Made by a program: the position numbers and the translations under genes. Under the pieces are notes generated by a model, which did not search any database, had not been told where the DNA came from, and saw only the letters and a program-made list of their open reading frames with translations. DNA of 64,000 nucleotides from an uncultured Thermoplasmatales archaeon. GTDB lineage: Archaea; Thermoplasmatota; E2; DHVEG-1. This document shows positions 61,942-64,000 of this stretch, one piece after another. Position 1 is the first letter of the stretch. Every line of letters begins with the position of its first letter. The DNA is taken from NCBI GenBank assembly GCA_964527715.1, contig CAZGOD010000006.1, forward strand, positions 8,060 through 72,059, in the 5' to 3' direction.

Positions 61942-62469
61942 TCACACTTTCTCCACAGCAATTTTCGAAAGCATCATTTGAAACTTAGATGGGTCAACGG
62001 GTTTCGAAAGCTCAGGTAGACCAAGATCAGAGCGAGTCTTTGTTTTGTTATCACGAGTTGAAACACTTTTAACATCCTGAAGAAGACCTATGGAAAGAAC
62101 TGATTGAAGCATAGCTGTATAGTTACCAGGTATTTGCTTACCACTAGCAACAGCCATATTCTTCAAAGCAAATAAAATCTCAACAGGTGCAACCTTCTGT
62201 GGGCATCTCTCCCTGCATTTAAAACAACTCATACAAGTCCAGATGATATCGGAGTTGATCATTTCATCAATAAGTCCGCGTTTAAGAAGGGCAACTATTT
62301 TATGGGGTTCAAGTTCAAGGAGTTTATGTGCCTCACATCCTGAGGTACATTTAGCACATTGGAAACAATAATCTGAGATTTCATCCTGGAGTCTGGATAG
62401 TCTTTCGTTGATTTCTTTCTTCAATTCAGCCTGTGACTCCGCCATAGAAGTCAGATCTACGATACTCAT
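61942..62469 (-). CDS. hdrC: heterodisulfide reductase subunit C (2x[4Fe-4S]; HdrC)
   Basis: CFQCAKCTSGC and CMSCFKCRERCP ferredoxin-type cluster motifs. Confidence 0.75.
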   Translation of the reverse strand: MSIVDLTSMAESQAELKKEINERLSRLQDEISDYCFQCAKCTSGCEAHKLLELEPHKIVALLKRGLIDEMINSDIIWTCMSCFKCRERCPQKVAPVEILFALKNMAVASGKQIPGNYTAMLQSVLSIGLLQDVKSVSTRDNKTKTRSDLGLPELSKPVDPSKFQMMLSKIAVEKV

Positions 62470-62572
62470 AGATATCAACTCTAAGATTAACATGTGTTAA
62501 TAGTTTATGGTTCTGCAAGTTTTGTATCTTATATCCCTATTTAAAATCTGCTAAAAACATCTATTTTTAACC

Positions 62573-62947
62573 TTATATTTGTAATATTTTTACTGATTTC
62601 GTCGCAACAATATCAATACCGGTATTCTCAATGTTCTTGATAATTTTTTGACCCAGTTTAACAGGTGCTCGCACTCTAGCCCCCTTAATACTATTCAAAA
62701 CTTGAACAATCTTATCTTTTGGAATTAGTTTAGTAGTTTTAACACTAACGAGAGGCCACTCACCCTTCTCCACAAATACTGAAGATGTTAAAAACCGTCT
62801 AGGATCCAAAGCCTCAGATTTGGCATATTCAACACCGCGTTTACATTTACTGCCATCCAAAAGCTCAAAACGTGTACCATCAGTTCTAACCAGCATCTTG
62901 CAACCAATAGGGCAAACAATGCAAGTAATCTCTCTCTCATCCATCAA
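62573..62947 (-). CDS. DUF1667-domain protein (small Cys-containing partner of flavoprotein oxidoreductases)
   Basis: N-terminal CIVCPIGC. About 124 aa. Immediately downstream of and overlapping the FAD oxidoreductase, the usual arrangement for DUF1667. Confidence 0.55.
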   Translation of the reverse strand: MMDEREITCIVCPIGCKMLVRTDGTRFELLDGSKCKRGVEYAKSEALDPRRFLTSSVFVEKGEWPLVSVKTTKLIPKDKIVQVLNSIKGARVRAPVKLGQKIIKNIENTGIDIVATKSVKILQI

Positions 62948-64000
62948 TAGTTACCTCCAGCTCACTTTTGGATCTAATTATTTCATCGGGGATATCAATA
63001 TCTATCTCTACCATGTTAGCTGGGTTAATCCAGAGCAATTTTTTTATAAAGATCTCTTTACCATCCACGGTTAAATGTAATTTAGCTGTTTGCTGAGGTT
63101 TTTCAACTCGTAGAGTAAAACTAATTTTTCCATCTTTGCATATACGCTGGGGGATAACATGTCTTATCCCTTCACCAGCAACAACTTGTATATGTTTTTG
63201 TATATCTTTTCTTTGTTTCATAGCATGCCTTGCAGCATACCAACCAGCAAGTTTTGCACCCTTTGCAAGAACATCAACAGTATCATAGACCTGAAGACAA
63301 TTACCACAGGCAAAAACACCAGGAACTGATGTTTCAAAGAACTGATCAACTATTGGACCACCAGTCACATTATCAATCTCGACACCAGTAGTTTTTGAAA
63401 GCTCATTCTCAGGTATAAGACCAAGTGAGAGGAGAAGAGTATCACATTCAATTTTTTCCTCGCTACCAGGTACAACCTCCAGGTTTTCATCAACCCGTGC
63501 AATAGTAACACTCTTCAACCTATCACATCCCTCAATATATGTAATTGTATGATTCAAATAAAGAGGAATATCATAATCATCAAGACATTGCACTACATTC
63601 CTCGTTAGACCACTAGCATACGGTAAAATTTCAACAACACCCTTTACATTGGCACCCTCAAATTTTAAACGACGAGCCATAATAAGCCCAACATCGCCAG
63701 AACCAAGAATCACAATATTACGACCAGGCATTATATTATAAAGATTTATGAAAGACTGTGCAACACCAGCGGTATAAATCCCACTAGGACGATCGCCAGG
63801 AATCATAACATTCCAACGAGTTTTCTCACGGCATCCCATAGCAAGAACAACTGATTTAGCCTTAATCCTATGTAAACCCTCTCTGTTAACCGCTGTTATT
63901 TCAAGTTTTTTATCGAAATCAAGAACCATTGTCTCATTCATAAAAGATATTTTTTGTTTCTTAGCCATATCAATATACATCTCAGCGTACTCAGGGCCAG
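62937..64000 (-). CDS. FAD/NAD(P)-dependent pyridine-nucleotide-disulfide-family oxidoreductase (N-terminus beyond window)
   Basis: Second dinucleotide-binding fold ILGSGDVGLIMA. Frame is open to the window edge. First gene of an operon continuing into DUF1667-hdrCBA. Confidence 0.65.
   Translation of the reverse strand, partial: GPEYAEMYIDMAKKQKISFMNETMVLDFDKKLEITAVNREGLHRIKAKSVVLAMGCREKTRWNVMIPGDRPSGIYTAGVAQSFINLYNIMPGRNIVILGSGDVGLIMARRLKFEGANVKGVVEILPYASGLTRNVVQCLDDYDIPLYLNHTITYIEGCDRLKSVTIARVDENLEVVPGSEEKIECDTLLLSLGLIPENELSKTTGVEIDNVTGGPIVDQFFETSVPGVFACGNCLQVYDTVDVLAKGAKLAGWYAARHAMKQRKDIQKHIQVVAGEGIRHVIPQRICKDGKISFTLRVEKPQQTAKLHLTVDGKEIFIKKLLWINPANMVEIDIDIPDEIIRSKSELEVTIDG

Overview
64-kb window from a low-GC, apparently archaeal chromosome. 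Evidence for the archaeal assignment: archaeal-type AlaRS, class I LysRS, Sec61-beta, aMBF1, deoxyhypusine synthase, archaeal DnaG, Thi4, MfnA, Taw3 and HdrABC. Coding is dense with short intergenic spacers.

Three parts:
- Roughly 1-37.4 kb is a housekeeping region: translation (alaS, lysK, metG, map, Sua5, deoxyhypusine synthase), glycolysis (a bacterial-type gap plus pgk behind a GfcR-like regulator), tRNA-Ala and tRNA-Thr, three orphan response-regulator receiver proteins, serC, thi4, dnaG and purC.
- 37.4-45.7 kb is a conspicuously AT-richer accessory island. It starts and ends with inverted copies of GGCTTTGCACA, each next to TTTTTTAA, and carries an IS5-family transposase. Its cargo is an MmeI-like Type IIG restriction-modification fusion enzyme translationally coupled to a small HEPN-like (Rx4H) protein, a divergent four-gene operon containing a Panacea (DUF4065)-domain protein overlapping an uncharacterised 181-aa protein, a 404-aa unknown, and an AbrB-like gene. 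This is the most likely site of a new defence or toxin-antitoxin-like system.
- 45.7-64 kb is a central-carbon and energy block: nadE, two-subunit class I fumarase, AMP-forming acetyl-CoA synthetase, aconitase, two-subunit ATP-citrate lyase (aclB-aclA), isocitrate dehydrogenase, then an operon of an FAD oxidoreductase, a DUF1667 protein and HdrC-HdrB-HdrA.

No CRISPR array and no rRNA were seen.
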